NCBI GenBank assembly: GCA_032718475.1
Contig: JAUCBJ010001382.1
Coordinates: 1 to 64,000, forward strand
Direction: 5' to 3'
DNA: 64,000 nucleotides
DNA from: Nemertoderma westbladi
Lineage: Eukaryota > Animalia > Xenacoelomorpha
The position numbers were made by a program, and so were the translations under genes. Position 1 is the stretch's first letter. Each line of letters begins with the position of its first letter. Shown in pieces: positions 24,901 to 39,900 of this stretch. A model generated the notes under the pieces. That model searched no databases, had not been told where the DNA came from, and was given only the letters and a program-made list of their open reading frames with translations.

Positions 24901-27900
24901 TTAAGTCGACCCCAACCCTTTCAAAGGGTCTCTCCACTTCTATTGATTCCAATTCATGTCTTGTTCGTAGGTTACGAGTAGTAGCACACTTGGAACAAGA
25001 CTTATAATGGTTATTCACCTCACTATACATACCAGGCCAGTAATAAAATTTCAGTAGCGATTCATACACGTTAGAAGTTGCAAAATGACCAGACGAGTTA
25101 TCACCATGGTACCATCACCATATCACCTCGTAAGGATTCTGGAACTACAGTTAACAGTCGAATTTTATGACTATCTTTAGACTTAAATCTATAATAAAGA
25201 ACTCCGTTACTAAGTTCATAATTAGTTGCCTCTAAAACAATTCTTCTAGCTGCTTTCAATTGTATTGGTAAAGTACCATCTTCTAAATAATTGATTATAC
25301 ACTTGAGTTTATTATCATTTCGTTGTTTTACAGATATATCTACTTTGAATGAATGAACATCAACTTCATCTTCAATAACAATCTCTGATACCTCAACTGA
25401 AGACACAACTTTATCCAATGGACAGTTACCATTTTCCTTCTCCGAACAACACAAAGGGACTAGTCGACTCAATGCATCTGCATCTCTATTTTTTATTCCA
25501 GGTCTATATCGAATTTCACAGTTGAATTGACTCAACCAAAGTGCCCATCGAGCTAAACGACCCTCCAACTGTTTGGCAGTTAATAAACTGGTAAGTGCAG
25601 AATGATCGGTATAAACTGTAAACTTTCTCCCATATAGGTAAGGTCGAAAATGTTTAATTGCCCACACAACTCCAAGACATTCAAGATCACTTATAGAATA
25701 ATTATGTTCACTCCCTTGTAGAGTACGAGAAGCATAAGCCACAGGTTGTACACGACTACTATCATTAACTTGAGCTAACACAGCTCCCAACCCACTCCGA
25801 GAAGCATCAGTATGTAACAGAAAGTCGGCATTAAAATCCGCATGTGCAAGGCATGGTGGATTTGATAAAGCTTGTTTAATATCGTCCATCGCAGCTTGTT
25901 GCTCCTCTCCCCAAGTAAACCGTATGTTATCCTTCATCAACGATGTCAGTGCTTTCATTCTGTTTGCACAATGTGGTATATAGATTCTATAATAGGATGC
26001 CAAACCAGTAAACATCCTAATCTCCTTCTTACTTGTTAAAGGTTTAATATTCAACAGCTGACTAACTTTCTCTGGATCTGGGTATCGTCCATTTACATCA
26101 ATAACATGACCCAAATATACTATACTCGGCATTGAAAATTTACATTTTGAAATCTTCAACTTAATTCCAACTTTACCCAAAGCCTCCAAGATTATATCTA
26201 ATCTCTGTATGTGCTCCAATGCACTAAATGCGAACACCAATATATCATCCAGGTAAACTAAACATATGATATATTGCAAACCAGAAAGAGTCATATCCAT
26301 CATTCTTTGAAATGTAGGTGGTGCATTACATAGCCCATATGGCATGCGTTTAAACTGATACAATCCCAAATGTGTACCAAATGCAGTTTTACAACGATCC
26401 TCCGACGCAATCTCAACAGTCCAATAAGCTGAATATGTATCTAATAAAGAACAATATAAACGTTTTGTGTCTGTAGGTTGTGGACCAATACAGTCAATTA
26501 ATTCTTGAATAGATGGCAAAGGATATGCATCTTTATGCGTCACTGCATTTAGTGGTCGAAAATCAATGCAGAACCTCAGTTCACCCCCTTTTTTCAAGGC
26601 AAAGACTGGACGAAATTGCCAAGGACTCTCTGAATGCTCTATGACATCCTTCTCTAGCATAGATTTTACATGTTCTTCAACTACAGGCCACTGCGACCTT
26701 GGAACCCTATGTCCCCGAACCTTGATTGGACTAGCATCTCCCGTATTTATGTGATGTTGCACCCCTTTCACCAATCCCAAATCTAACTCATGTTGAGCAA
26801 AAACATCGCGGTGTTTATAAAGAACATCAGTTAATTTATCTTTCATTGACTCATCACTGTACTCATCCTCCTCAATATGTAATCGAGATATAAACTCACC
26901 TCTAGACCAGGTTTTACGAGACTTCTCTCCCACTGGCATAGACATTATATTTTCATCATCTTCTGTAACAGAATAATCAGCTGTATTTTTAATACTTAGG
27001 CAATCAACTGACCCCAACATGGTATGTTTATTAATCCTTATAGGAAATTCATTCAGATTCATTACCTGTACGGGAATACGCTGCAGATCATCTGGATATG
27101 AAATTGCAGTTGCAGCACAAACTCCATGTCGTTTATTTACATTCACACCTTGAGTAAATAATAATGGTTGTTTATTCGAGATAGGCAATGGTGAACTGAG
27201 CTCCCCTGATATCATCAAACGACTTCGTGGTGGTATAGTTACTATCTCGTTACACCACACAGCAGACACTGATCCATCACCCATTGGTCTCGATATTGTC
27301 TCTGTGGCAACGTCTTGCCCATTAACTATTAATACCATTTCTCCACAAAAATTCCATTTCAATCCGCACTCAAATGCTCCTAATATATCCAGACCAATTA
27401 GAAATTCATGACTCGGCTTCCTATTAACTTGTAATTCTACCAAATGTTCTACTCCACCCAAACACATTTTTATTTTTACACAACCCACAATATCTAGTGG
27501 ATGCCCAGAAGCTGACTTTGTTTCAAAATATGGTTTCCTCAACTCAAACTTCATTGAACTGCATGATTGTATTTCTTCCAATACATCACTAGAAATTATA
27601 GATATTTCGCTCCCAGTATCAACAAAAGCTCTCTTAGGAATACCCTCCAAACTCGAAAAAACAAAGCAACGTCTTAAGCATTGACCCTTCAATTGTAAAT
27701 TAAATGATTTCTTCTGTTCAATTGTAACTGCAGATGAAGTAATAGGCTCTAGTTTGGATTTAACATCTACCATTTCATCATCCCTATAATCATCTTGGGT
27801 AAGATTTAATTTATCGAAGCCAACTTGAACTAAACTACAACCAGTTTCTTTAGAGGTAGATTCACGACAATTATCATTCGATTTGCTACTATGCTTCAAT

Positions 27901-30900
27901 TTTTCCTTAAAACAGTCCATCTTTCGGTGCCCCAATTTTCCACAACCATAACACTTTACTGGGTTTCTACAATCTTTGGCCATATGCCCAATTCTACTAC
28001 AATTAAAACAAGTAATCTTCGGTTTTGTTGAACTCGAGTCAGAATAATTACTTGAGATTGGTTTAGAATTGCCCCTAATTGCATTTGTCTCCACTTCATT
28101 TGTGTTAACAATTGATTTGACAACTGTATTTGAAAGTTCCATATCTAAAGCATAAGCTTTTCGAAATAACTCTTTCCAGGTTGATTGCACATTCAATCGT
28201 CGCCATCCTCGAAGTCTTCCACTCAACTCACAACGAACATTAGATGCAAAGAAATCCTGCAGTATAGACTCTTCTCCATTCCCATCGAACTGTTCCCTAC
28301 GACGGCGAACAGCCATCATGAATCGCTCTACGAATTCCGGCAAAGACTCATTGATCCCTTGTTTACATGTTGCTATATTAGAAGCTGTATTCTCCTTATG
28401 ATCAGATAATAAATCAATAACAGCTTTCTTCAATGACAGATAATCACTTCTGTCATCCTCTTCTAATGTTTCCTCCAACATCGTGTGTAAACGACCAACT
28501 TTAGCCAGTAAACGATCCCTACGTTCATCCTGTGGAACCCTAGAGTCATCCATAATTCGATCATAATAATCATCAAACCATGTTTGTATAGACATCTTCT
28601 TTGGGTCGAAAGGAGGTATGGTCTCTGATAACTTCGTGCAGCGATGTATCTGGTGAGCACCTGTTCCTCTACTACCCCGGCCACTATCATCACCATGGTC
28701 ACGGCGACCACTATTTGGTTCGTTTGCAGTGTCTCTTTCATTCGATAGCATATCCTGAAGTTCTCTAAAACGACTATCTTCAGTCACCTTATGACTCTCC
28801 ATTAAATTGGAAAAGAACTCATTTTGTTGCATAGCCATCGCTCTAGAATGTTCCTGCATAAATTGGTATTGTCTATCCATCATTGCTGTCGTCTGTTGTT
28901 GCATCAACTCGGCTTGATTCAACATCATTTGTTTAAACATCTCCATCATTCCCCATGTTGATTCACCCTTACCAGAAGCCACACTACCGTCATCTTCTTT
29001 GTTAAGTTGCTGACCATGACCTTGACTTTGACCCTGGCCCTTCTTGGTCGGGTCGTCCTTCTTCGACATTTGTTTGGCAGCTTCAATATCCTTGTGATAT
29101 TGACGACGTACGTCTAGTGGGTTTTGACGAGTTATCCTCTTCTCCAGTTTAAACAAAAAAACAACAACAACTGAAATGGCTGGCGATCATAAGCCTGTGA
29201 AACTCCAATCCATTAAATTAAACGCTGTTCTCCAGTGGATGCAGTTGGTGGGACCTCCATGTGATAAGTTCTTCTTGCCCTCCCCCGGGTTATATCTGCA
29301 CCGACCACAATTGATGCTAAACTCCAATATGATATGATAAGAATAACAAACATACATATATTAATTAAGCAACAATAATTTCATTAATCACAGACTTATG
29401 TCACCATTGTAAATACCGATAGGCTACCAACTAATTAGCATTAGGCCTACATAAATAATTATTGCAGTAATCGGGTATACACTATTCCCCTTACAGTACT
29501 GCATACAGTGGATGTACGGTAGTGCGTTTTTACTAATTGCGAATGCAGCAGTTCCTTAGGCCTTAGGGCAAATTATAATTAGTAAGTTTTTTGGAAATTT
29601 TAGCTAGGTTTGCGAGAATTCAGTTTCGGTCAAAATTATTTTGTAAAATTCTAGAGTTTTGTACCGGTATGTTAGGTAACCGCTTAGTTATTTTATACCA
29701 TCTGGAGATACATGGCAAGACGGAACTTCTGAGTTTGGGGTTCGTGTGGGTCTGCGGGTTCGGTTTGCAATCAGCGAAGGGCCTGAATCTTTGGACGCGG
29801 ACGTGGAATCTCACAGCAAACAAGGTTAGTTGTTCTGTTGGCACCATAGTGTTTGTGGAAGCAGTAAAAAATTATCGGTTGTTTAACTGCGAAGCTGAAC
29901 TCAATTTATTAGTTAGGATATTTAGGTTTAGCCGGCCATGGTTTTGAATCGCTCAAGTTAGAGAGAGAGTTAGAGAGAGTCGCAACCCGAAGATGTAGCC
30001 ACGCGCTAGTGGATACATATAATATTTGAAATTAAAATTACGTTGATTAGAGCTATATATAAAATTAGAAATATTCGGGCGGCAAGTATATTTTGAATAT
30101 TTTGTATTAGATTCAAAGTTATTTTGTGCTATACCGGTATTTAATACTATATAGTAGCTATATAATAATATTTTTGTTTAAATATTGTGCTAGTATTTGC
30201 TATAACTATATACCCCATTAAATTCACAATATTGCATTGCGAATTTATTTGACATTTGGACCAACTGATTATTTGACAAATAATTTGACCGTGTTTCGGT
30301 TAAATTATAATTATATCTCGAACTTTTGCGAGATATTTTTGCCGGAAGGCAAAACATTATTTAGACTATGAGTGTCTCAGACAAAGAGGCACTAGAGGAC
30401 AGCTACGAGACGGCGGCAGGACCGCCGACTGACGATAGCGTAAACATTACTGTTGATGACAATGCCGACTATGACGACGCAGCGAGCGACGCTGACGTAA
30501 GTGAACAGGAGGACGAGACAGTGACTAGTGAGGAAGAAGAACTACCTCAGGTAATAGTATTAGGATCCCCTACCGCTACTGATAGGAAGGACTGTACGGC
30601 AGCCCGGACAGAGGTGAGTGATAGGGAGAGTAGTGTAGCAGAAGCGAGAGCCCGGAGCCCGGTTTCCAGACCTGTGGGTATGGTAAGTGCCGTGGTCCCG
30701 ACGGCTGTAAGGAGTACCCGTAGTTCCCGAAATAATCCTTCAAGTCCACCAAGTGTGAGTCAGGTAAGCGAGAGAGAACTGGATATCGCGATAAAGAAGA
30801 AACTTCGCGCGCATGCCGGACATATAACTCGGACGGCGGACAAGGTAAGGAAAATGTTAGCCGACTCAGCGAACATCGGGAGGGTAGAGTTAGTAGAGAT

Positions 30901-33900
30901 TAGAAGAGGATATAACTCAGCGTTATTCAAGCAGACGGAGGAGCTTGCAGTCCTAGCGAAGAAGGCAGTAGAGTCTCAGTCGAGCGACGTGGCGACGAGG
31001 ATTTACGACAGGGTTTTAGCAGCCTTGTTGGAGCACCGCGAGTTATCGGAGCGATTCCGACGAGTTAGGACGGAGAACTGGCTGCTATGGGCATCACAAG
31101 CGCAGGCGACTCAGGTGAGTGACGCAGAGTTGAGAGACTTAGTGGAGCGAGAAGAGATCCAAGATAAAGAGGAGCGCCGTTATCAGAGGGAAGTTACTAG
31201 CTGGCTGATGCAGAATGGAGTGGTGGTACCAGGCCAGGTGCTACCGACGACGGAGAACATTCAACAGAGGACGTTGACTCCACCCGACGACGCATCCAGA
31301 GACAGTGGCGATTCCCAGGTTAGTCACGCGCGAGGGAAGGTTATATGTGCTAGATCCCTTGTTTCTCACAACTCGGCGGAGGAGAGAAGACGCCGACTGG
31401 ACGAACAACAGGCGGAAGTTTTGCGTGCATCGGAAGCACGGAAGGAAGCCGAGCGGGAACGGGAGCGCACACGTAAGTTAGACGCGAAGTTGCGAGAGTT
31501 GGAAGACAAAGGTAAGCGTGAGCAACTCGAACGCGAACAGGAAGAACGCGAACTACAACTCGAACGCGAACGCGAAGAACGCAAACTCGAACGCGAACGC
31601 GAAGAATGCGAACTCCAACTCAAACGCGAACGCGAAGAACGCGAACTCCAACTCAAACGCGAACGCGAACTCCGACTCGAACGCGAACGCGAACGGGAGG
31701 CAAAGGAACGCGAACAAAGAAGGCGCGAACTCCAACTTGAACACGAGCGCAAAGAACGCGAACTCGAGATCGAGAAGGAGCGACGGGCGTTGTATGAAGA
31801 GAAGGCGCGGGTGGAAGAAGAGAGCGCAGCGAGACGAGCGAGGGAAGAAGAAGAACGTAAACTGGCGCAGTTGGAAAGTGCGAGATTAAGTTTAGAGAGC
31901 GAAGAACGGACCAGGAAGGCGAATGAAATCGCCGAGAAGGGGATGCGAATGATCGAAGAATGTGGGGCGAGTGTAGGGACCGAGTTGCGAGAACTGTTCG
32001 CACTGCAGAAGGCCGAACAGGAAGCGAGAACTCCGACTATACGCGAGTCGACGACGACCAGAATTCCTATACCCGGTCCAGCTATTACGAGTACACGGAT
32101 CGCTAAACCGTTCTCTACATATCGCACGCCAGTTGGTATTAGTGCTTCACCCATCGCCCAGGATCTACGTCATCAGAACACCGCACCACTATACACCGAA
32201 CGCGACAACGGAGAGTTTAGAGAAACTCCGACGGGCCGAGTATTGGGCGAACCGAACCCGCGGGTTTGGAATACGCAGACGGAGCGCCGACCCAGTTCGA
32301 CGGAGAACTTCCGGGTTAAACCGGAAGAGGGATCATATGAGAGACAGCGGATTACTCAGATAGAGCCGACTATACAACAGAACCCTAGCCAGGAATTTAT
32401 TACGAGGGATGAGTTAAGTGCTAGTTTAGCGCAAGCTATATCGCCGCACATCCAACCTATAACGGACATGCTTAGCAACCTACGGTTAAAGGAAGCAGCC
32501 CAGGTAAGAAGTAATTCAAATCCCAGCAGGCATGAATTAGATAAAGTCCAACCTAGTCAACGAGTACGCATATCGGAGGAGACTATACCACATAGACCTC
32601 AGGTAAGGACGCCTGTCCCGAATATTCATAATCCCAATTTCGAAAATTCGGCCGAGAAATTTATTCAGGATGCTTGGGTCAGGGCCTCGGCGCGCAAACC
32701 ATCGCGAGCGCTAAGGACTGACACCGAGTCAAGCGATGAAGAGGAAGACATGAGACGTCAGAAGTCCCGAAACTATAAGGAAAGAAGGACGGACGCGGAG
32801 CAGGTAAGTTGGAACCACCGGGAAAGGACCAGACTTAACAACCCTGCGGAACTAAACCATTTGTTAACCCGGAACGACGCAACCCTTAGGGACATAGGTA
32901 AGTTTGCTGCTAGGCAAGGACTGCCGACGCAACAACCCCAGAAGTTTATGGGCAACCATAAGCACTGGAGGACATTCAAAACCTATGTCGACGAGCAGCT
33001 AACCAACAGCACCTTTACTCCCAACGAGAAGTTCAACTATTTACTTCAGATGCTCCATCGAGAACCTAGAGCCATTGCTGATTTCGGCAACGAAAGAGCA
33101 TTCGAGTTAGCGATGAAGACGCTTAGCGACATCTACGGGAATAAAACGAAGATGGCGCAGTCGATAGTAGAAGACTTGGGTAAGGGCGGAAGGATTACAA
33201 CTCCGTTAGAGCTGTTGAACTTAGCGAACGCTATTTCGAACGCATTGGACATCTTGAGGACGGTGAATCTACCTCATCATGGTGATCACGCCGAAGTTTT
33301 GAAGAGCGTAATAAGACGTCTAAACATGCGTTACCGACAGAAATGGCGCAAATTAGAGCATAAGTTGGAGGGCCAAGGTAAGGTGTTGACACTTCAGCAT
33401 ATTCATGACATGATAGCCACAGACGCAGTAGCAGAGATGAAATCAAACTTCTCAGAGGAGAATATGAGAGAGTCTAAACCTGTTACCGGTAAGTCTATGG
33501 TAAGTTTTGACGATGACAGGACCACTGTGACATTTAACTCAGTAGACAGATATAATTCGAATACCCCAGCCTTTAGATCAGACTCGCGAGTATGGTCAGG
33601 TGAGCGGTTAGATAGACCTGGTTAAAGCAACAGGAGTTGCCGGATGGATTTGTAGGTTGCCAATACTGTTTACTAAAGGAGGTAAGATCTGACGACCATA
33701 AGTTAGATAGTTGCAGACGGTTCAAAGAATTAAATTCGGAACAGAGAAGAGTTCAAGTGCGGACGTTGGACACCTGTTGGGCATGTCTTGCGCCAGGCCA
33801 TGTACGGCGGCAGTGCCCGAACAGCAAGGACGGATGCATGGAATGCGGCAGACTACACCACAAGTTGCTACATGCGGATTTCCATACCCCAACGGACCGT

Positions 33901-36900
33901 TACTTACAGCGAAATCCTCAAAGGAAGGGGAGCAAAGAACCCATATCGATAAGGAGGAATACGTACACTGGCATCCAGGACGATGGTTACCAACCAGGTT
34001 CGTCGGATGAGGATGGCGAGTCGAGCGCGAGAGAAGTGACCTGCCAAGGTTTCACCGCGGATAGTTCATCGACCAGCGCGCGGACGTATTTATCATCGGC
34101 AACGTCGGAAATATTTAGCGTGATTCCGGTGAAACTTACTGGCGATAAGGGATCGAAGAGAATATATGTGATGTTGGACACTGCGTCCACATTATCGTAT
34201 ATCGACGAGGAAGTGGCGAGAGCTGTTTCTAGCTTCCAGGACGCCGAGGAGATCCAAATAGAGTTGAAGTCTATGCATGGAGTAGGAGACCTCAAGGGAC
34301 ACAGAATTTCGGTAGAACTAGATTCCCTACTTCCGAGAGACCAACACACTCGACAAGAACGGAAAGCTTTGCCATTGGACGGATTTAAGTGTCTAGCTAT
34401 GAAGGGATTCGGCAGGCAGTTAGGTAAGGTGCCGCCGATGAGTCCCATAGCACAGGAGTATTTTGACAAGCTCAGGATACCCAGACACCAGGTAGGTTAT
34501 AGGAATGTTTCTATGTTGATTGGTGCAGAACAGCTGATCGCACACCAAATATGGGAAACGAGACCAGCTGAGCCGCATGTCAATGGACCACATGCCCATA
34601 GGACTATACTAGGTTGGTATACACGAGTACCCATGTCTTATGAGTTTACAGGTGGCGACAAGCCAATAAACAGATACGACGAATTACAGCCTATAATTCA
34701 ACCACCGTTAGTAGAACCACCAGACATAGACGAGTTTAGGAGAACCTGTATTGACCACTATAGTGACTTTAGCGAGTCGGACGAGGAGTTGATTCCCGAT
34801 AATGTTTGGTTGTCGGAACCACTTCATAACGACCGGACAGATAGTGAACCCGAGGACTACTGTTATCAGACCCGTGGGTCTGGTTCAGCGGCCCACGCTA
34901 CCTATTTGACTAACGTTTTGACTTATACAGACATAGTGGAGGGTCAAGTGGCTAAATATCGAGACCTAGACATTTTCCAGTATAGTGAGGAGGAATTACA
35001 GAAGGAATTGATACGCCAGGACCTCGAGACAGGAGCCAGAACCGTCGAATGGCTGGATAGGGACGCAATGGAACCCGGTGGATATGACCTAGCCATGTCT
35101 ACTGATGAGAAACGGTCGCTGGAGATGATGGAAGATACCATACGTCTACTACCGACTGGACATTTTGAAGTTGGAATGTTGTGGCGTCGACAACCACCTA
35201 AGTTGGAGAACAACTACAACTTAGCCTTGAAAAGATTGAACGGAGTAAGGGCTCGGTTGTTGAAGAATCCAGACATTAGGGAGAAGTATTGCGCCCAGAT
35301 CAACAACTATTTCGCCAAGGGATTTGCTGGGAAGGTAGAGGACCCTGACTTAGTGACAGACCAGACTTATTACCTTCCACACCACTATGTGACTCACCCT
35401 GACAAACCTGACAAAGTCCGAGTAGTCAACGACTGCGCAGCAGTCTATAGAGGTATGTCCCTGAATTCAGAGTTGATGGATGGTCCCAACCTGAATAATT
35501 ATTTGATTGGAATACTGTTGCGTTTTAGACAGCGGCGATTCGCATTTACTTGTGACATCGAGGCGATGTTCCACCAGGTAAGAGCCTGTAAGGCAGACCA
35601 GGATAGCCTTCGCTTTCTCTGGTACGAGAATGAAGACTTATCCGGCCCAGTGGTTACATACCAGATGTACGTTAGGATATTTGGCGCCCGCGATAGTCCG
35701 AATGGCACGCTGTTCGTTTTAAAGAAAACGGCAACAGCCCAGATTGGTAAGTATCCAGTAGAAGTAATCGAGTCTATATTGAGAAACTTCTATATGGACG
35801 ACGGATTGGTGTCCAAGGACACAGCGGAACAAGCCATAGAAGTGGCTCACGGCCTGCAAGAGTGCTTGGCTACAGGGGGATTTCCTCTGACCAAGTTCAC
35901 TACCAATTCGGAGGCCCTATTAGAGTCGTTCCCGGTGAAAGATCGCGGGAGCGGAGACATTGAATTGGGGGTAGAACCAATTCCCATGGCGCGAGTACTG
36001 GGACTCGCTTGGAACCCGAACTCAGATAAGTTCCAGGTAAGAGTTAGATTTGAGCCCAGTAGCCCAGACAAAGTTTTGACTAAGAGAATTTGCTTATCGA
36101 CTTTAAGTAGACTATTTGACCCGATGAACTTTATCAGTCCGGTAATATTACAGGCACGAGCGTGCATGAGAAAAATTTGGTTGTCCGACGTAGAGTGGGA
36201 CGAACCAATATCTCCTATACATGCAAAGCAGTGGAGGGAGTGGGAAGCCGAGTTGCATCTATTGAAAAATATAGATGTACCCCGTTCCTACTTTCCGAAT
36301 CAGCTGGTATTCCCAGCTGATTTAGAGCTGCATATGTTTAGTGACGCAAGTGACACCGGCTTTGGTATGGTAGCCTACCTTCGCCGAGAGGTAAGTCAGG
36401 ACAAGTTTGAGACGGCCTTTGTGACTTCTAGATCAAAGACAATGCCGGTCAAATACATGACTGTCCCTCGTGCAGAGTTACAGGCGGCAGTAGTTTCAGT
36501 CGAGGTAAGTAAGCAAATAACTGAGGAGTTGGACACGACATTGACCTTATTCTATTGGACGGACGCATCCTTAGTGTTAGTATACATCGCGGCCGACAAT
36601 ATTGCACTAAAGACATTTGTGGCCAATAGACGCGCTCAGATCGTTGACTTTTCGACGAAGGAACAGTGGAGACATTGTCCGGGAGTGTTAAACCCGGCCG
36701 ACATAACTTCGAGAGGTGCAATGCCAGCGGAATTCTGTCAGGAAGAGTCGCAGGAGTTTTGGTTGCATGGACCTGATTTTCTAACGAGGACACAGGAACA
36801 TTGGCCGGAGCGACTGAAGATAGTGACCAATCCGATGCCTGAAGATGCAGAAGTCAAGGTGGAGAAAGTCTCTAAGTCGAAGTCTAAAGCCAAACTTAAG

Positions 36901-39900
36901 TCATTGGAGCGGCCTGAAGAGTCATTGGAGCGGCCTGAAGAGTCATTGGAGCGGCCCGGAGACCTGTCAGACCAACAGACTTACGTGACTACTAGGTCCG
37001 GAAGGGTAAGTTATGACATCAAACCACCCTTACAGACTAAACCGGAGTCACAGTTTGTAAGTGACGGACAGAAAATGACCGACAAAATGGAGCCTTTGGT
37101 TTCCAAACCTGCGGGTTTGGATTCGAAACTTCCATTAGTTAGCGGACAACCGTCGCTGGCATTAGAGTCATGCAGTGTTTATGACAAATTACTAAATTCG
37201 TCTGCCTCTTGGCTGACAATTTGTAAAAGAACTGCGTGGTTAAGCCGATACATTTTGTACCTTTGTTTAAAACATTCGAAACATTTGAGAGAACCATTGA
37301 GCACCAATAGTGAGCGAATTCGGAAATTGAAACAACCTCTGACAGGGGATGAGATTGATCAAGCGGAATTAAAGCATTTGAAACATTATCAAATGTGTGC
37401 CTTCCCGAAAGAATTCCATCTATTATCGGCTCAACGACCAGTTCTCTATAAACCCCTTAGAAAATGGAGTCCATTAATCCATAAGGGTTTAATTTGTCAT
37501 AGATCGAGAATCCAGACTGTCGACATAAACTCACAGTTTCGGTTCCCAGTGATAATCCCTAGTCACCCAATAGAATTGCAAAGAGCGATTCTATGGGATA
37601 TACATAAGAGGTTGCATCACGCGGGAAAGTTACACTGTCTGTCGGCAGCGAGACAGCGATTCATTCTATTGCAGCCAAGCAGGGCAGTTGGCACTATGTA
37701 TGACGCCTGTCTGGTTTGCAAGAGGGTGAACGCCAGAGTATTGGAACAGGAGATGGCTGAACTCCCGGAAGCGAGAGTGCAGGCATATGACCCACCCTTT
37801 ACGAACACAGGGGTGGATTGTTTTGGTCCGATTGAAGAAAAGAGTGGACGGCTGACCCACAAGCGATGGGGTCTGCTACTGACATGCATGGCTAGTAGAG
37901 CCATACATATCGAGCGTGTGGCAGACATGTCGACCAAATCTCTGCTCCTGGCCTTGAAGAGATTTATGGCCAGGAGAGGACTAGTAAAGGCGTTCTATTC
38001 CGATAAGGGTACAAACTTTGTCGGGGGGAATAGCGAGTTGAACGCGGCTCATAAAGCGGCACAGAATAAGGAAATTTCTGCAGCACTTTTGCCGCAACGA
38101 GTAGAGTGGAGATTCAATACTCCAGAAAGTCCTTGGAGAGGAGGAAGTTGGGAGCGTTTAGTTCGCTCTGTAAAGCAGGCCATTGCCAAAACGTTGCCTG
38201 TAAACAAACAACTTACCGACGACGAACTGGTCACAGCTTTCATTGAAATCGAGCATACCCTCAACTCGAGGCCGATAGCTATGTTGCCAGACGGTGTTGC
38301 ATTAACGCCGAATCATTTGCTAATGCAGAGTCCAGCATTTCTTGTGCCGGCATCAGAACCCGTTAGTGCCGACCTATATAGTCGTAAAAGCTGGAAAGTA
38401 ACACAGTTTGTGGCGTACACATTCTGGGAATATTGGCGGGAATACTATCTTCCCACCATATCTACCAGAACAAAGTGGTACAAAACGGTTCGGAGTCTCC
38501 AAAGGGGAGATTACGTGTTGATAACCGAACCCATTGTCAAGAGAAAATACTGGGAGACGGGAGTGATCTTGCACACACACCCAGACGTGCAAAACATAGT
38601 GCGCACAGTCACTGTGAAAATTAGGTGCAAGTGTCCGCACCCAAAAAAGTGTAAAACTAATGGTTTACACACCTTGGACCGACCGGTCCAAGATATTGTG
38701 TTATTAGAGGAGACACGTATCGAGACGGGAGATTATAATTTGTCTCCTGCCTCAAAACAGAGTTAGTGTTAGACGCAACTCACTTTGTATGCATTCCTCG
38801 TATGCAAATACAAGGAAATGCATAGGAGCGGGGTTGTGGTGATTTGCGTTGAGTTTTGTCTGGTGGGTATCAAAACAAAATTTTATTTTCAAATTTTGAA
38901 AAATTTAAAATTTTTTGGAAAATTAGAAGTGAACCCAAGACAATTCCAGACGCTGTGTATAGACGCGCTTTAGAACTCGTCTATAGATAAACAGTAATTT
39001 GAAAAGTCGTGAAGCCTGGAAAATAGCATTTAGAAACCATGGTGACGGCTATATTACGTAGGAGTGTAAATTGAGTTTAGCAACTTCCACAGATTGGTGC
39101 CAACAGTGCAACTAAGGTGCTAAAAGGTTAGTAGCACCAGAGGCGTACATGGACCCCACTCAGTAGTTTGCAGTGATGTGTGATGTTCGATTATCAAACC
39201 TGTGGGTTCGGTATAGTCGAGTATTGTGGCTATGGTCCTTTCTAACTACTGTAGTTTAGTACGAGTAATGGGAGTAGTTTGGGCATCAAAAAGTGAGTTG
39301 GTCACGGCCAGTTTATCTCCAAAGTTTTTGCGCTATGCATGGGAATAGGTTACAGGATAGTTAGTTAGGAAGAGACGGGATCTAGAGAGTCGAACCTGAA
39401 CTGCTGGAAGGCGGAGGGGGTTCGGGAGGTCTGTCCTTCGGCGACATCTAACTGATTACCCACAGTGTAATTGGTTTGCGTAACGGAACACTTATTGGGT
39501 TATATATGTATATACGCGGGGCATAATGGAGAAGGATATTAGAGCGCAACCGCGCAGAGGATTTACTGCCGGAGAGGAGGCGGAGTTACCATTCGCGCGA
39601 CCGGGATGTAAAGATTCGAACGTTTACTACCATGGGCGGTCGGTGATGGAGCTAAATGGGAAATACAAACCCACGATTCCCGACCGATTAGACGAGCAAC
39701 ATCCAGAACCGATATTAACGCGATGTCCAGCTCACCGGTTCTTTAGATACAACGAGGGAGGTTACCCGATGAGCAACCCGATGATCAGTATCGACTTCAG
39801 CGGAAAGCGACCTCCGAGACCCATTACGCCGACCGTTACGACATTAGATCCGTATACGGAGATTAAACCTGTTCGACACCCAGTTTGATAGAGACGACAG

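Larger units (their letters stand above)
23238..29495 (-). mobile_element. Full-length Ty3/Gypsy LTR retrotransposon nested in the BEL leader
   Basis: 236-bp LTRs at 23238-23473 and 29260-29495 (apparently identical), TSD gtac, PBS tggaggtcccacc (tRNA-Gln-like) at 29247-29259, PPT gagggagga at 23474-23482. Confidence 0.95.

Noticed and set aside
25101-25115. Programmed frameshift before the Gypsy integrase
   Set aside because: Not a known recoding position and no slippery site; more likely a mutation or sequencing indel.
31366-38640. Antisense and alternate-frame ORFs over BEL gag-pol (likewise over the other elements)
   Set aside because: Shadow ORFs of repetitive or GC-richer coding sequence with no motifs.
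39233-39243. tggtcctt resembling a tRNA-Tyr PBS
   Set aside because: Far from any LTR and only 8 nt of match.
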